From Candidatus Thermosaccharophagus tengchongensis (GTDB taxonomy: Bacteria > Armatimonadota > Fervidibacteria > Fervidibacterales > Thermosaccharophagaceae): a stretch of DNA of 27,075 nt. The stretch lies in assembly GCA_032161105.1 (NCBI GenBank), contig JAVHTD010000031.1, one strand, 5' to 3'. Both the position numbers and the translations under genes were made by a program. Shown piece by piece: positions 25,751 to 27,075 of this stretch. The notes below the pieces were generated by a model that saw only the letters and a program-made list of their open reading frames with translations, did no database searches and was not told where the DNA came from. Within the stretch, counting starts at the first letter, position 1; each line of letters opens with the position of its first letter.

Positions 25751-26713
25751 ATGCCGAAGCCGCAAAAAGTTCGCATGGTCTCGGAACTTGTTGAGGAGTT
25801 GAGGAAGGCTTCCGGATGGGTGCTTGTCAATTACACCGGTATGTCTGCGGAGGATATGGGTTCACTGCGGATGGCGATGCGAGAAAAGAAGCTCAAGGTA
25901 AAGGTCATAAAGAACACGCTTTTCCTCAGGGCACTTAAGGAGGTCAATCTTAATGGCAAGCTTGCCGAATTTGTTGTCGGACCGTTGGCGCTAATCATCG
26001 GGTATGACGATGCAGTTGAAGTTGCAAGGGCAGTTGTCAAAGCTGAGGAGCAATATGAGCCGCTAACAATCAAAGGCGGTTGGATTGAGGGTTTGGTGTG
26101 CACTCCAGAGTTAGTGGCGGAGCTCTCAAAGTTGCCATCAAAGGCTGAGATGTTCGGCATGGTGGCGGGGGCGATAATTAGCCCTTTGCACGGTATAGGA
26201 ATGATGGTGCAATCGTTGCTATATGCAGTCACGGATGCTATTCGCCAAATAAGCGAAGGCATAGGGCAAATCCAGCAAAGCATAGCACAAGATGGAGGGG
26301 TGAGCACGATGGAAGTGTCGGAAAAGGTAAGGACGCTGTTTGAGGAGATAAAGGGGCTTACGCTCATTGAGGCAAAGCAACTTTATGAGCTCCTCAAGGA
26401 GGAATTTGGCATTGCCGCTGCGCCGGTAGTGGCTGCTGCAGCGCCGGCTGCAACAGTTGCAGCGCCGGCTGCGGAAGCTCAGGCTGCTGTGGCTGAGAAG
26501 ACAGAATTTGATGTCATATTGCAAGCCGTTGGCGAGCAGAAAATACAGGTCATCAAAGTCTTGCGTGAGATAATTCCAGGACTTGGCTTAAAGGAGGCAA
26601 AGGACCTTGTTGAGTCTGCCCCAAAGCCGATAAAGGAGGGCGTGTCAAAAGAGGAAGCACAGCAGATTAAGGAGAAGCTCGAAGCAGTTGGTGCAAAAGT
26701 GGAAATTAAGTGA
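25751..26713 (+). CDS. rplJ: 50S ribosomal protein L10 fused in frame to L7/L12 (320 aa; L10 part plus linker about 25751-26308)
   Basis: ATG 25751 after SD GGGGTG. L10 motifs NYTGMS..LR, KVIKNTL, GPLA, IKGG, LSKLPSK. No stop codon before the L12 coding sequence. Confidence 0.9.
   Translation: MPKPQKVRMVSELVEELRKASGWVLVNYTGMSAEDMGSLRMAMREKKLKVKVIKNTLFLRALKEVNLNGKLAEFVVGPLALIIGYDDAVEVARAVVKAEEQYEPLTIKGGWIEGLVCTPELVAELSKLPSKAEMFGMVAGAIISPLHGIGMMVQSLLYAVTDAIRQISEGIGQIQQSIAQDGGVSTMEVSEKVRTLFEEIKGLTLIEAKQLYELLKEEFGIAAAPVVAAAAPAATVAAPAAEAQAAVAEKTEFDVILQAVGEQKIQVIKVLREIIPGLGLKEAKDLVESAPKPIKEGVSKEEAQQIKEKLEAVGAKVEIK
26309..26713 (+). CDS. rplL: 50S ribosomal protein L7/L12 (134 aa), from an internal in-frame start
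   Basis: SD GGAGGGGTG (26294-26302) 6 nt before ATG 26309. [20 protein letters not shown], Ala/Pro hinge, [41 protein letters not shown]. Confidence 0.92.
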   Translation: MEVSEKVRTLFEEIKGLTLIEAKQLYELLKEEFGIAAAPVVAAAAPAATVAAPAAEAQAAVAEKTEFDVILQAVGEQKIQVIKVLREIIPGLGLKEAKDLVESAPKPIKEGVSKEEAQQIKEKLEAVGAKVEIK

Positions 26714-27052
26714 TTGTTTATGCATATGTGGCAAAGGAGTAACTTTGAGAGGTATAATGAAAAGCATGGGCGGTTAAATGGCACATTGAAGTTTAAGACA
26801 ATGTGCCTAATGGGGGTCATGATGCCTCAGATGGTAGTGTCCTCATTTGAAGCCTTCAAAGTGAGCTGTGTTACCTTCAACTTCTCGCCTTTTTACAGCG
26901 TCTGGCGGGGGTGAAACCTCATTGTGTCACTTTCGCCGTATCTGCGGGCATGAAAATGCCATCCATTCCCGTGAGCGGCAGGTGCTGTGTTGGAGTTTTT
27001 CCGGCTCTTCTTGGCAAACATCCCATAAAACTTGCTGATGGAGGGGAAGCCT

Positions 27053-27075
27053 ATGCCTCTGGATGGCTTTCAGAA
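27053..27075 (+). CDS. Probable start of the next gene (MPLDGFQ...), truncated by the window; rpoB is expected here by synteny but cannot be verified
   Basis: SD GGAGGGG (27040-27046) 6 nt before ATG 27053. Confidence 0.3.

Noticed and set aside
26414..26492. Repetitive GCTGC/GCGCCGG sequence in rplL
   Set aside because: It encodes the normal Ala/Pro-rich flexible hinge of L7/L12.
26714..26914. 66-aa ORF after rplL and TATAAT at 26753-26758
   Set aside because: TTG start without SD and no protein motif. The -10 box lacks a good -35 partner, so neither is called with confidence.
1..27075. CRISPR array, rRNA, integrase or prophage genes
   Set aside because: No regularly spaced repeats, rRNA-like sequence or recognisable phage/integrase proteins were seen.

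Overview
Bacterial chromosomal window; the multiple prepilin-type H-X9-DG genes and the gene content suggest an Armatimonadota-like lineage, possibly thermophilic (inference only). From left to right: (1) 1-2.1 kb, a probably foreign segment with the end of an unknown gene, a membrane-anchored hypothetical protein and a decayed, internally deleted IS5-family transposase. (2) 2.2-6.7 kb, dcd, an orphan sugar ABC ATPase and an atypical SDR + DHDPS-family pair. (3) 6.8-22.7 kb, mostly exported or carbohydrate-related accessory genes: carboxypeptidase-regulatory-like protein, UlaG-like MBL hydrolase, Tat-signal L-fucose-isomerase-like protein, DUF4838 protein, HIT protein, FlgT-like protein, Tat-signal AmrS-type radical SAM enzyme, beta-propeller+CBM protein, three prepilin-like proteins and an ADP-ribosylglycohydrolase-family protein. 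(4) 23.1-26.7 kb, the conserved rpmG-tRNA(Trp)-secE-nusG-rplK-rplA-rplJ-rplL cluster. The most striking observation is that rplJ has no stop codon and reads in frame into rplL, which keeps its own internal Shine-Dalgarno and ATG. This predicts a natural L10-L12 fusion protein plus free L12. The usual L10 leader is apparently absent, and the rplK-rplA spacer holds a candidate anti-SD switch. All protein-family calls come from motif recognition by eye; no searches were run.
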